Assembly (NCBI GenBank): GCA_039621445.1
Contig: CP154954.1
Span: forward strand, 4,640,714-4,704,713
Length of the DNA: 64,000 bases
Reading direction: 5' to 3'
Source: Euglena gracilis
Taxonomy: Eukaryota
Part shown: positions 34,259 through 46,114 of the stretch, in pieces
How positions within the stretch are numbered: position 1 is the stretch's first letter
Layout: each line of letters begins with the position of its first letter
The notes under the pieces: generated by a model
Seen by the model: the letters and a program-made list of their open reading frames with translations, nothing else
Told to the model about the DNA's origin: nothing
The model's database searches: none
Made by a program: the position numbers and the translations under genes

Positions 34259-37200
34259 GCACATATATGCCAGATGCCTTTTTGATTTCCCCCCAGCTGT
34301 GTGCAAAAAGTCCCCGGGAAAGGAGAAGGGAGCAGAGGAGCGAGTTTGCACCCCTTGAAGGCCAAAGCTAACGTTTTCTTTTTTCTCTTTCACCACAGAG
34401 TGCAAACAAAGCCAGCAGAGATGGCATTACCCCTTTTCAAGCCATGCCCTCCCCACACAACCTCCAACCGCTAAATATATGTGCTTCTCTTAACGTCCCT
34501 TGTGTTGTGCCTTGTTAAGTATTCCCTTCCAGCAGATCCCAATGATCTCTTTACTTGCTGAATTAACTGCAAGCGGATTCTTCTATGAATGAGCAAAAAT
34601 ACCGCATTCCTTCACAATTGAACACCACCTTAAATTTTTTATAACAGCATTGTTGTATTTTTTTTTATAGTGCACTCAAACCAGTTTTTTATTCCACTGG
34701 GACAGAAATCTTCAATTTCACTAGAGGGGCATTGAAGGTTTGCTTTTGTTTTGGCCCACAACGCCTAGATTAATCTGGAGTAGTGCGGAAAATACATGTC
34801 ACGAAGCACTAATTTTTGCCAATTCGGGCCATTTGGAGCTGAGTTAGTTCTAATAAGCAAGTTCCTCATATTTCCGGCCATTTTAGGCCTCTTTGGTGGT
34901 TTTCAGACATTTTCACCATCTTTGGATATTGCTGGCTATTTTGGGGGCCATTTCAGGTCATTTTAAGTCATTTTGAGCACGTCCGCCGTTTCTTGGGCTG
35001 CTTTTTTTGCATTTTTTTGCAACCATTTCCCGTCATTTCTGCGGTTCTTTTGGTTCAGTTTTGGGTGCCGTCCAAACAAACCAATTTCAACTGGAAAAGG
35101 GCGGGGTGGGTGTGCTACAGCACTAACCCCCCAAACCTGACCCCCCCCCGGGAAGGGGTCAAAAACGCCACCCCTGCCTGTCCACAGCACCACTGGTCTG
35201 TGCTAGGGCACTTTTGGCCGTGTGCCCTACCCCCTGGGGGGGGGAGGGGGGTCGGATCGGGAGTGCCTTGGAGTGCCTTCCCAGGCAGGCACCCCCCCCT
35301 CGGGGTGGGGTCCAGGCTTGTGCTTAGTCGGGTGCCTACCCCACGGGGGGGGGTGGGTGGGTGTTAGGGGCAGGCACCCCATAGCACCCAATCTGACCCC
35401 CGGGGGGGGGGGTAGGGTTTTGGGGGTGCCTGCCCCTAGCAGGCACCCCCCTCCGACCCCGACGCCGAAGGCGCTGGGGACCCGGAAAAGGCCATTTTCA
35501 ATGAAATTTTTCTGGGTCCCCCCGGACCCCTATCCCCCCGGAACAGAATGATAAGTGGTCAACTGCATCAGGGGTGTTTCGTTGCAGATGCTGTGACTGT
35601 AGATGAGCTCTAAGAAGAAGATGCTGCTTTCAAATAATTCAAATGAAAACATCTTTTACATCCACTTCAGGAAAGAACAGCCACTTCCTAAACTGAATTT
35701 TTATACATTAAATGTGTCCAGACAGTTCAGGAAAATGGTTTCACCCTCCCTGGGGCGACGGGGGTACCTTGTGCTATGGGGCAGGAAGTTTCAGTTGGAA
35801 GGACCCTCAGTGGAAATCCCCGTGGCCCACCCTGGGGCACTCAAGCAAAGCGCTGGCGACAAATTTGGGTATTTGGGTAAATGATGAATCACATCCCAAA
35901 AAGCTGAGCTTTAATTTTCTTGCCCCCCACCAACCAGTCCTCATAGGGTATCTCTGGCCAGGCTCCTTTTAAAGAAGGCTGCACCCTCCCTCCGGCGCCG
36001 AAGGTGCCGGGAGCCAGAAAAAATGGCCTATTTTCAAAAGAGAGGTCGATAAAAAATTGTTTGTCCCCAGCCCAACATGACAAGTTTATGGGGTGGGCCC
36101 CATACTCGGCCTTACTTTGCGAACCTTCCTAACAAGCCGGCAATGCCTAATTGTATGCTGTGCCGAAATGAGTGTGCGTCATTCAGGCACAAAAACAAGG
36201 CAAAAAAGTGCCCCCCCCCCCACAGAAAACACCAACACCAAATTGCCTGGGCACAGGCCGAAATCCGACCCCGGGGGGGGGGGTAGTGCCTGCCTGGGCC
36301 TGCACTTATAGGCACTCCGAACCCCCCTCCCCCCCGGGGTTGGTAAAAAACTGCCTGATGGAGTGTCCCTCAACCCTCTCGATTTGTGACGCTCCAACCA
36401 CCCCTGGTGACTGAACACCAAACCCTGGCCTCAGTCCTCCCCCTTCCCTTGGCCAGCCAAAAACAATGTGTTTCAGAAAAATAGACCGTACCATACGGCC
36501 CAACTGCTGTTGGACGACTTGTTTTCATGTGTGGGAAAAGCTCGGACAAGTTGCAGATTTGGTCGAGCGTACACTTATATTCTCATTGTGTCAGCAATGC
36601 TAGTTCTCTAAGGCCTGTTGGTGGATCTCTCCAGCAAAGGGTCTTATTTTTGAATTTTTGTGAACTCACCAAACCCTTATCGAACCCGCGTTTGGGCTGA
36701 TTTTTGAGACAGCAAAAGCCTTAGGTCTTCGCCCAACACGGCATCAGAACAAGAACAGCGTTTTGGGCCAAGGTTTTTAGGGGTGCCGGAGGCGACCGTC
36801 GGCCGCGATGCCTTCGGCGGCGCGGTTCCCATCCCCAGGCTCCCCTAACAATTGGCCCAAACACAGTTTGTAATAGAAAAATTTTTTGAACCCGCCTATC
36901 GTCGTCTTGATCCCAGGGTGCCAAATTTTTTTCAAGCAGACAATATAATATACCAGCGGCAGCAGCAGCAACAATGAGGAGTAGGACGACAACAACAACG
37001 ACAGTATGATGATCATATAGCTACCACATGTAGCCATCATGTAGCCACCACATTATTTGATTAATAATGCTACTACTACTACTACTACTACTACTACTAA
37101 TAATAATATTTGTCTGGATTTGGTTGATACTTGCAATGTTTCATTGTTGTAATTTTTTTTGTTCATTTCACATGGCATCACAAAAAAATTCAGTTTTATG

Positions 37201-39388
37201 CCTTTTTTTTGCAAATGAGCCCATGATTTCTGACTGATCACAACCCCTCACAACCTTTAAAGAACCAGTTTGCTGGGCAACTGCTCTTTAATTATTTTCA
37301 CCCTTCAAAGCCCTGCGAATAGCAGGATGTCTTTTCAGGCACCAGCTTTGATGTTCTGATTTGTCCACTCCTCAGAATATACCAAGGTGTAATCGTTGGA
37401 CTTATATCCAAACCTTCCATCCACGCCAAAAATTGGCGCTTTGGCCAGGCCATTGCATTGTGGAATGCCGAAGCAGTCTGGTCCCCAGCCATGCAATCAT
37501 GGCCTGACCCTCCCCTCCTGGGGGTAACTGACTGCTTTTCCCCCCCCCGGAGTGACTGACTGGTTTTTGACCCAAACCCCTTCCCCTCTGGGGGGCAAAC
37601 ACCCACCAAAAATGGCCTGTCGCCGAAGGCAGAGGGAATTTTTTTTTCAGCCATTGGCCTCGCATTTGTTGGCCAATTTCCCTTAGATTCCAGAATAACC
37701 AATCCTGGCGGGGGAGCGGGGGGGGGGAATGACTGACAGGTTTTTGAAAGAGTGGAAGTACCCCCTCCCTGGAGGTCGATAAAAAACTGTTTGTCCCCAG
37801 CCCAACATGACAAGTTTATGGGGGTGGGCCCCATACTCGGCCTTACGTTGCGAACCTTCCTGACAAGCCGGCAATGCCTAATTGTATGCTGTGCCGAAAT
37901 GAGTGTGCGCCATTCAGGCACAAAAACAAGGCCAAGAAGTGCCCCCCCCCCACAGAAAACACCAACACCAAAAGTCTTCAAGAAGACCCGTTTTTTTTCA
38001 ACACTTTCGAGTGCGGTGGGAATTTGTTGGGTTTGTACCCCAAATTCAGGAAAATGAAGGGTGAAAAAAATTGATGCAAAATAGCCTTTTTGAGGCACTC
38101 TGTTGAGTTCCTGATGAGTGCGCAGTGCCCTGCTATGGGCTGTACTTGGGCCATCCATTTCAGGGACGGTCTCTGAAACCTGCCTGGTTTCAAGGGCCAG
38201 CCTGAAACCAGGTCGCAAAAACCTGAAATCCGTGCACTTATTGGTGGGTTTTGGCTTGTCATGTGCAGTGTCCGCTCTGGTTATGAGAAGATGCAACGAA
38301 GGTGGCAAAAACGAGAATTCCCAGGCGTGTTCTGATGCCTGCTAAACATTAATTCAAAATGGTGCCATCTCAGCGCCTACTTTACGTGCTCCTTCCTGAG
38401 CATGTCTGCTGGACATGTCATTTGCCTTCCCGACGTCCGCTGCAACACCTGGACCATATTTGATGTGGTCGACTGGATTTTGCAACTGCCTACGGAGAGC
38501 TGCCTCCAGAAACACTGTCACCCCACATTTGTTCAACAGCGCTAAACGTTTGTTAACGGCGCAATTCCTGGGCGAAGCTATTTTCTGATGAATTTCTTTG
38601 GACCCAGGGTTTTTCACAATCACAAAGCATTTTGCTTTGTTGTACAATTTTCTCCGTCCCAAACAGTGCCCAAACTGTTTGGGTTTGGTTTTCGGCCTCA
38701 CTGTGATGGGTTTGGAGGTTATATATAATATACCTCTTGGTGTGGTTAGGGAAGCAGGAATCTGCTTCCTTTGCTTTGGGGGAAGTGGGGACTTGCTTCC
38801 CTGTGGAATCATGGACACGGCTAACAGTGCCCATGGCTTTTCTGTTTCGGTCCTCCAAAAATTCTATTAGTGAAATTTAGACTAGCTGCAGTCCAGCCGG
38901 GGTACTGCGAACGCTTGAGCAGAAGCCTGGGCTGGGCTGGACCCCGCTCCCCAACCTACCAACCAACACCTTTTTTCAGCCAGCAAATTTTCAACGTTGT
39001 GTGTGTGCGCGCAAAAAATTGATATACCTGTCTCACTGCCAGCTTCAATTACGTTTTCAGTAACTGTGGGCATGACAGATGGTCGTCTGACCCCCCCCTT
39101 CCTGGGTCTTTAGAAATGGACCCGTCCAAAACTGCCTCCTATTTCTGCGCTCATTGACCTGTCCTCCTAGAGGCCTGTATCCCACCTCTGTCATCGCTGA
39201 TGTGTCTGGGCACATGGGCACAGATAGCATTTGACGGTATAATATTTTAACAGCATACGGATTGATCTTTTATCACGGCTGTAATTGTGGCTTCTAAATG
39301 CAGCATTGGATGAGATGAGGCCAGAAGGAACGTCGGGTCCGGGTGTTCTTCCCCTTTGTCGCCGTTCGCCCACAGGTAGCCCCGCCCC

Positions 39389-39964
39389 CAGGGTTTGATA
39401 AGAAAGAAAATAACGTAAAATGTGTAATGAAGCGGAATACCGCTTCATCGACAAACCACAGTCGTGATATTACACGACGAACAACTGATTCAAGTGCAGC
39501 TCTGTTAGATGTACATTTATGCTATGCCTGATAAAAAGGAGGAGAGACCACGTTGACCTTCGTCATTCACTCTGCCTGACACCGACGTTGGCTACCGTCG
39601 GTGTCGGTTACTCCGACGGGCTGCCGGGGCCGCAAGCGGCGGAAGCAGGCACCCGGCAGCCCTGTGGCTCCCCGCCTTGCACTGCCGGAGAGAGAATGGC
39701 TTTAGGCTGAGACTGAACATGGAACAAACCTATGAGGATCAATTTTTTCCTCTGGCGCTTTGCGAATTTTTTTTGCATTTTTGGCAAATTTTTGCCCAAA
39801 AAGTGCCCAAAATGGCACTTTTGGTCGTTTTGGGGGGTCAAAAATTTTCGGTCACCCTGACCGCGCCACTGTTTAGTTGGGGGGGGTGTCCCCCCCCACC
39901 CCCCCCCTCCTGGCCCGCAGGGTGGAGTCCGGACCCCCCCCACCTGTTCTTATATCAAACCCTG
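39389..39964. mobile_element. hAT-like MITE, family 2, with hairpin-rich cargo
   Basis: TIR CAGGGTTTGATA / TATCAAACCCTG; empty site at ~44930. Confidence 0.82.
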
Positions 39965-42540
39965 CCCCCCCCCCTGCGCCGACGCAAGCGACGCTGGACC
40001 CGCCGCCGCGCAGCTGCCCTCCCTGCTTGTCCTCCTGCCACCCCGTTTGCTGTTTTCTGTCCCATCTCAGACTTCTCCAAGCCTCACTTGTGCCACTGTC
40101 CCCATGGGTGCGAAGTCCGACCACAGCAGGGCCAAAGTGGAGATGGGAGGGGGCGACAACGTCTTTGTGTGTTTTTTTTGTTCCAGCGGGAATGAACTTC
40201 TAATTTCTTTTGGAAAATCAATTGAGTGTCCAACCTGTCAACCTTGTCAGTTTGATGTTTGAAGTTGGCGACCCCGTGAGGCTATCGCTTTCCCTGTTTG
40301 CGACAGTTTGACAAATCTCCCACTCGTCGACCTGCTAGTAAGAAGTTCGAACTAGCTGGAAATGAAGAAGGCTTTGAGCAGGTCTCAATGTGAGTGGGGT
40401 TCCCAGATTTGGGGTGAGGGGTCTGGAACCCTCAGCCCACCTTCCAAGAAGGGTTTAGGGGGCATCTTAGGGGAGGGGCTCTTTGGATTTGGTGTTCGGC
40501 CCAACGTGATGGGTTTGGAGTTTTTGTTTTTAATATTGGCGCAGTAGGGAAAGCAGGACTCTGCTTCCTTTGTTTGAATTTTTGTGACGTAATGTTGTTG
40601 CAGAGAAAGCGTCGAACAGTCCCTGGTCGTTGCACGTCATCAATTCATTACTCTCATCAGCCAAGCAGATGACGTGAAAACTACTGGCCGTGCGGGCCGG
40701 GGAACGGCTGTCTAAAACGTGCACAAAGAAGGCAGGCAAAACGTTCGCCCATCACATGGCGTGTTCAAGTGAACATTGCACACAAATTTCATCACCACAC
40801 ATTGACGGTGCAAATCAACGGTTGGTGTGCGGAAGTGCGTTCGCCAGCCGTCACAGACGAGGAGATGGTGTCACACAACTGATGTGTGTTCGTACGAGAT
40901 ATAACGCCACACAAACAAGTGAATGATTAAATGTTTGTCCGCGCATTTTCACCCACAAACAAACTGTGTTTGTGTGCACAAATGTGCGCACCAACACGCA
41001 TACCACAAAACCTCCTAGGTTGTGGTAATCGTCAGTCTTCTTTAACATGATCATGTTGTTCGTGCCCATGCACAAACCATCCGCATAGAAGTTTCCCCAA
41101 GATGTTGCTGCGCATATTGCGCCCACAAACAAAGTTTGTTTGGGGGCGCTTCAGTGAGCAAGGACATGCCATTTTAACTTCAGCGTTTTGCGTTGTGTGC
41201 ACGCAAATGCACCCACAAACAAAAATTTCGTGCACGATGCAAATGCGCGCACAAACACATCAATTGTGCGACGGCTGGCCATCACAGTATGTAGTATGTG
41301 ATGTAATATCGCTCCGTGTGTCCTGACGGGTGGCTGTAGTACCGCAGCCAGTTCAGGCAGCACGTCAGCACCAGTACCAATTGTCGTAACAGCTGGTGTG
41401 TGCTTCCCCCCTGTTTGATATCCGAGAGCCCTCTTCGCGTCACTCGGCAAGCAACATGCACACCACACCACCTGGAGCTGATCCTCTCTAATAGGGCGTT
41501 GCAACAGTTCATAAATTGTTTTTCCGTGTATCAGGAAACAGGGTCCCAGGGATTTCGTAAAAAAATGTGAATTTGCGCAAATCGCCCATTCTAAAGAACC
41601 CTTCAGTGCGAATCCCGCCGCATAAGTCCGGCAGAAGGTCTTATTTTTGAATTTTTGAGACCCCACCAAACCCTTATCGAACCCGTGTTTGGGCTGATTT
41701 CGCGACAGCAAAAGTCTTAGATCTTTGCCCAAACACGGTATCCGACCAAGAACAGCATTTTGGGCCAAGGTCTTTAATGGGCCCGGGGGTACCAGCCACG
41801 ACACCTTCGGTGCCGAGGTTCCCATCCCCAGGCTCCCCCTAACATCATTCTTTGAACCCACCAAACATCATTTTGATGATTTTGATTCCCAAAATACCCA
41901 AAAGTTTCAAACTTACAATACAATACACCACCACCACCAGCAGCAGCAACCAGGGATTTTCACCGGTTCGTGCCACGAACAATCACGAACAATCACGAAC
42001 CGGATTTTTGTCACCCTTGCAGAAATGTTTTCTTCTGAGAAGGAAGGTGTTGTTCAATCAGCCAAGGAGAAAAGATCATGTCGTTCAGCCTCGCCGGCCT
42101 CGTCGATCCCAAGAATCGTCAAAAGATGGGGGAAACCAAATCCCAGCTTTAATTTTAGCTCATTTGCCCTTTAAGTCCATTTGAGCCACTTTTTTTTGGC
42201 TGGTTTTCTCCCATTTTGGGCATTTTTTTTGCAACAATCTTGGGCATTTTTGGAATTTTTGGGGCCAATTCATGGTCATCGTGGACATTGAGGCTTCATT
42301 TTGGGCAGTTTTTGGCAGATTGTCAACCATTTTTTAATTTCAAATATTTTTTGTTAAATTAAAGAAGTGCTAGGCTTTTGATATCATTTCAGGTTCTGAC
42401 CAGATTTTGCACTGTGACCATCACAAGGCCTAAATCTCCCGTTGGCTTTGGAAAAGTAGGGTGTTCACCAACATGCGGATTGAACACAATGAACATTTGT
42501 GTTTTTCATCCAGTGTAAAAGACGCAGACTCCGTCTTGAG

Positions 42541-42918
42541 CAGGGTTTGATATAAGGAGGGTGTACGGGGTTTAGGTGGGGGGTGTCCCCCACCCCCCAC
42601 CCCCTCCTGGCCTGCAGGGTCCGGCCCCCCCCCCCCCCCACCTGCCAGGGGGGTCCAGACCGACCCTGGGAGGGTACCCGGGACCCCCCCCAAAAGGATC
42701 AATTTTTTCCTCCGGCGCTTTGCGCCGAAAATTTTTTGCATTTTTTTTGCAAATTTTTGCCCCAAAATGGCGCTTTTGGTCGTTTTGGGGGGTCAAAAAT
42801 CGGTCACCCGGACCGCGCCACTGCTTAGGTGGGGGGGGTGGCCCCCCCCCCCCCCCCCTGGCCCACAGGGGGGGGGGGTCCGGACCACCCCCCCCACCTG
42901 TCCTTATATCGAACCCTG
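42541..42918. mobile_element. hAT-like MITE, family 2
   Basis: TIR CAGGGTTTGATATAAGG with a perfect 8-bp TSD, GTCTTGAG. Confidence 0.9.
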
Positions 42919-43278
42919 GTCTTGAGTCCCTGCCTGCGCCTCTTAAAAAAACGGTGTCTTAAGACGCAGCTCTTGCTGCAGAAATCAATCGATGTGGATC
43001 TTTTTCCATTGTCCAGTGTAAGGCTTTTTTTGTAGCAAAAAATAAATGACAGAGTGCAATGAGTACATGAGGAAATACCTATTTGCCAACAAAAACAGAA
43101 AACTGGGCGGTTTTTTGAAAGCACGAACACTCACGAACAATCACGAACAATCACGAACCGGTGGTACACCCTGCAGCAACAATGAGGAGGAGGAGGAGGA
43201 GGACCACGACAACAACAACAACAACACCACCACTGACATCAATGTTAATAGCAATGACGACGACGATGGTGATTCCAG

Positions 43279-43279
43279 C

Positions 43280-43366
<87 letters not shown>

Positions 43367-43376
43367 CTGATGATGC

Positions 43377-43439
<63 letters not shown>
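43279..43439 (+). repeat. (ATG)n microsatellite
   Basis: About 53 units. Confidence 0.97.
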
Positions 43440-45464
43440 GAATAATATTTGTTTGGATTTGGCTGATAATTGCAACGTTACATTACCTTGGTTGTGATTT
43501 TTTTAATTTCACATGGCATCTCACAAGAAATTTCAGTTTTATGCTTTTTTTGGCAAATGCCCATGATTTTCTGACCCATCCCTTGCAACCTTCAAAGAAC
43601 CAGTTTGCTGGTCAACTGCTCGTTGATCCTGTTCTCTGTTCAAAGCCCTGCGAACGGCATATGTCCGTTCAGGCACCAGCTTTGGTTTTCTGATTTGTCC
43701 GCTCCTCAGAATATACCAAGAAGTAACCGTTGGACGTTTTCCCAAACGTTCTGTCCCGTCCCCTGATAAGTGTACACTCCCTATTTATGCACCACAGCCA
43801 TGCACTTATTGGTGGGTTTTGGCTTGTCATGTGCAGTGTCCACTCTGGTTATGATAAGAAGCAATGAAGATGAGCAAAAAAACGAGAATTCCCAGGCGTG
43901 TTCTGATGCCTGCCAAAAATGTGTCACAAAATTTAATTCAGTATGGTGCCATCTCAGCGCCTACTTTACATCTTCCTTCCTGAGCATGTCTGCTGGACAT
44001 GTAATTTGCCTTCCTGACGTCCGCTGCAACACCTGGACCATATTTGATGTGGCCGACTGGATTTCGCAACTGCCTACGGAGAGCTGCCTCCAGAAACACT
44101 GTCACTCAACAGCGCTAATCTTTTGTTAACAACACAATTCCTGGGCGAAGCTATTTTCTGATAAATTTCTTTGGACCCAGGGTTTTTCACAATCACAAAG
44201 CATTTTGCTTTTTTGAAAATTTCTCGATCCAACTTTCGGCCTCAACATGATGGGTTTGGAGGTTTTTGTATTGGCATAGTAGGGGAAGCAGGGATCTGCT
44301 TCCTTTGGTTGTTGTTGGGGGGGGGGGTGGGTAGCGGATACTTGCTTGCAGTTATGGAAGCAGCCAAAGGTGCCCATGGCTTTTCCATTTTGGTCCTCCA
44401 GGATTTCCAAATTTCCACATTACCCAAGTTTAGACTAGCTGCAGTCCAACCGGGGTACTGCGAACACTTGAGAAGAAGCCTGGGCTGGGCTGGACCCCGC
44501 TCCCCAACCTACCAACACCTTTTTCCAGCCAGCACCTTTTCAACTTTGTGTGTGTGCGCGCAAAAAATTGATATACCTGTCTCACTGCCAGCTTCAATTA
44601 CGTTTTCAGTAACTGTGGCATGACATATGGCCGGCTAACCCCCCCCTCCCTGGGTCTTTAGAAATGGACCCGTCCAAAACTGCCTCCTATTTCTGCGCTC
44701 ATTGACCTGTCCTCCTAAAGGCCTGTATCCCACCTCTGCCATCGCTGATGTGTCTGGGCACATGGGCACAGACAGCATTTGACGGTATAATATTTTAACA
44801 GCATACGGATTGATCTTTTATCACGGCTGTAATTGTGGCTTCTAAATGCAGCATTGGATGAGATGAGGCCGGAAGGAACGTCGGGTCCGGGTGTTCTTCC
44901 CCCTTTGTCGCCGTTCGCCCACAGGTAGCCCCGCCCCCCCCCCCCTGCGCCGACGCAAGCGACGCTGGCCCACCCCGCCGCCGCGCAGCTGTCCTCCCTG
45001 CTTGCCCTCCCGCCGACCTGTTTGCTGTTTTCTGTCCCATCTCAGACTTCTCCAATGCCTCACTTGTGCCACTGTCCCCCAGATGGCTGGTTCCCTCCAC
45101 ATCCCCATGGGTGCAAAGTCCGACTACAGCAGGACCAACGTGGAGGGGGGCAGCGATCACGTCTTCTGAGTGGGTTTCTTTTGTTCCAGGGGGAATCAGC
45201 TTCTGAATTCTTTTGGAAATCGATTGAATGTCTATCCTGACTTTGCAAAGAAGCGTTGGAGCTGCTTACCAGCAGGTCAACAAATGGGTGTTGTGTCAAC
45301 CATCGCAATCAAGAAAGCCTCGCGATGCCGCCAACTTCAAACTTCAAACTGATAACTGGCTGGAAAAGGGGAATACTTTGAGCTGGTCTCAACATAAGGA
45401 GGGTACCCAGAATTAAGGTGAGGGGTCTGGGACCCTCAGCCCACCTTCCAAGAAGGGTCTAGGG

Positions 45465-46114
45465 CAGGGCAGAACGGGAATCGGCCAAACAACCAGGGTG
45501 GTGGGTGGGGGGGTCGACCAACCCCCCCCCCCCCCACCCCCTGCATGGTGGGTGGGGGGGGTCGACCACCCCCCACCTCTTCCTGTATTTCCGGGAGCAC
45601 CAATTTTCGGACCCGAAATTTTTTTTCCCAGCGCCTTCGGCGCCGGGTTTTTTTTTGACCCATTTTGGGACCCATGTGGGAGGTAAAACCCCATTTTTTC
45701 ACACCTTCCTATAATTCACATTTTCTCAAAATTTTGATTTTGAAAGCTTTTTCAAGCAGAAATGCTATTGAAAGTCCAAAAAATTTCAATGAGAAAAAAT
45801 GTCAGTAAAATTTGACTGTGCCAAAATTTGGTCCACTTTTTTTGACCTTCGTTTTACCCCCCTCCTAAAAACTACCATTTTTTAACCCTGAGTTTTTTGA
45901 GATTTTTTTTTTGTGAAAAAAATGTGGGTTTCCAAAAGAATTATGTGTTTTGGGTTCATTTTTCAAAAAAAATTCAAAATTTTTTTGGCCAAAATCCCCG
46001 TTTTCCCGAAATTGGTGGAAATGCTGTGGTGGGTGGGGGGGGGGTCGACCCACCATCCCACCTCCCGGATGGGGATGAATCGACCCCTCCACCAGGCCAT
46101 CCCGTTCTGCCCTG
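45465..46114. mobile_element. hAT-like MITE, family 3
   Basis: TIR CAGGGCAGAACGGGA with 8-bp TSD GTCTAGGG; a related fragment lies inverted at ~3950-4200. Confidence 0.88.

Larger units (their letters stand above)
19725..35095 (+). repeat. Segmental duplication, copy 1 (colinear with 49755-64000)
   Basis: More than ten ordered anchors, e.g. 19725/49755, 22880/52075, 24350/53460, 27735/57058, 31755/58975, 33395/61905 and 34400/63283. Confidence 0.9.
36600..45460 (+). repeat. Diverged ~5-kb tandem duplication (36.6-40.5 kb vs 41.6-45.5 kb)
   Basis: Anchors 36640/41636, 37105/43443, 38232/43800, 38880/44453, 39110/44660 and 40420/45420. Confidence 0.88.

Noticed and set aside
38110-38185. CTGATGA...GAAA as a hammerhead ribozyme
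   Set aside because: The required flanking stems could not be formed.
40530-40739. VLDSRS...NDQGLFDAF as a pogo DDD fragment
   Set aside because: Only loose similarity, short spacing and no upstream DET motif.
43046-43693. Poly-Met ORF, and the TDRQ/VCLS/YVCM ORFs at 57.3 kb and 62.3-63.5 kb
   Set aside because: These are translations of microsatellites that are absent or different in the paralogous blocks.
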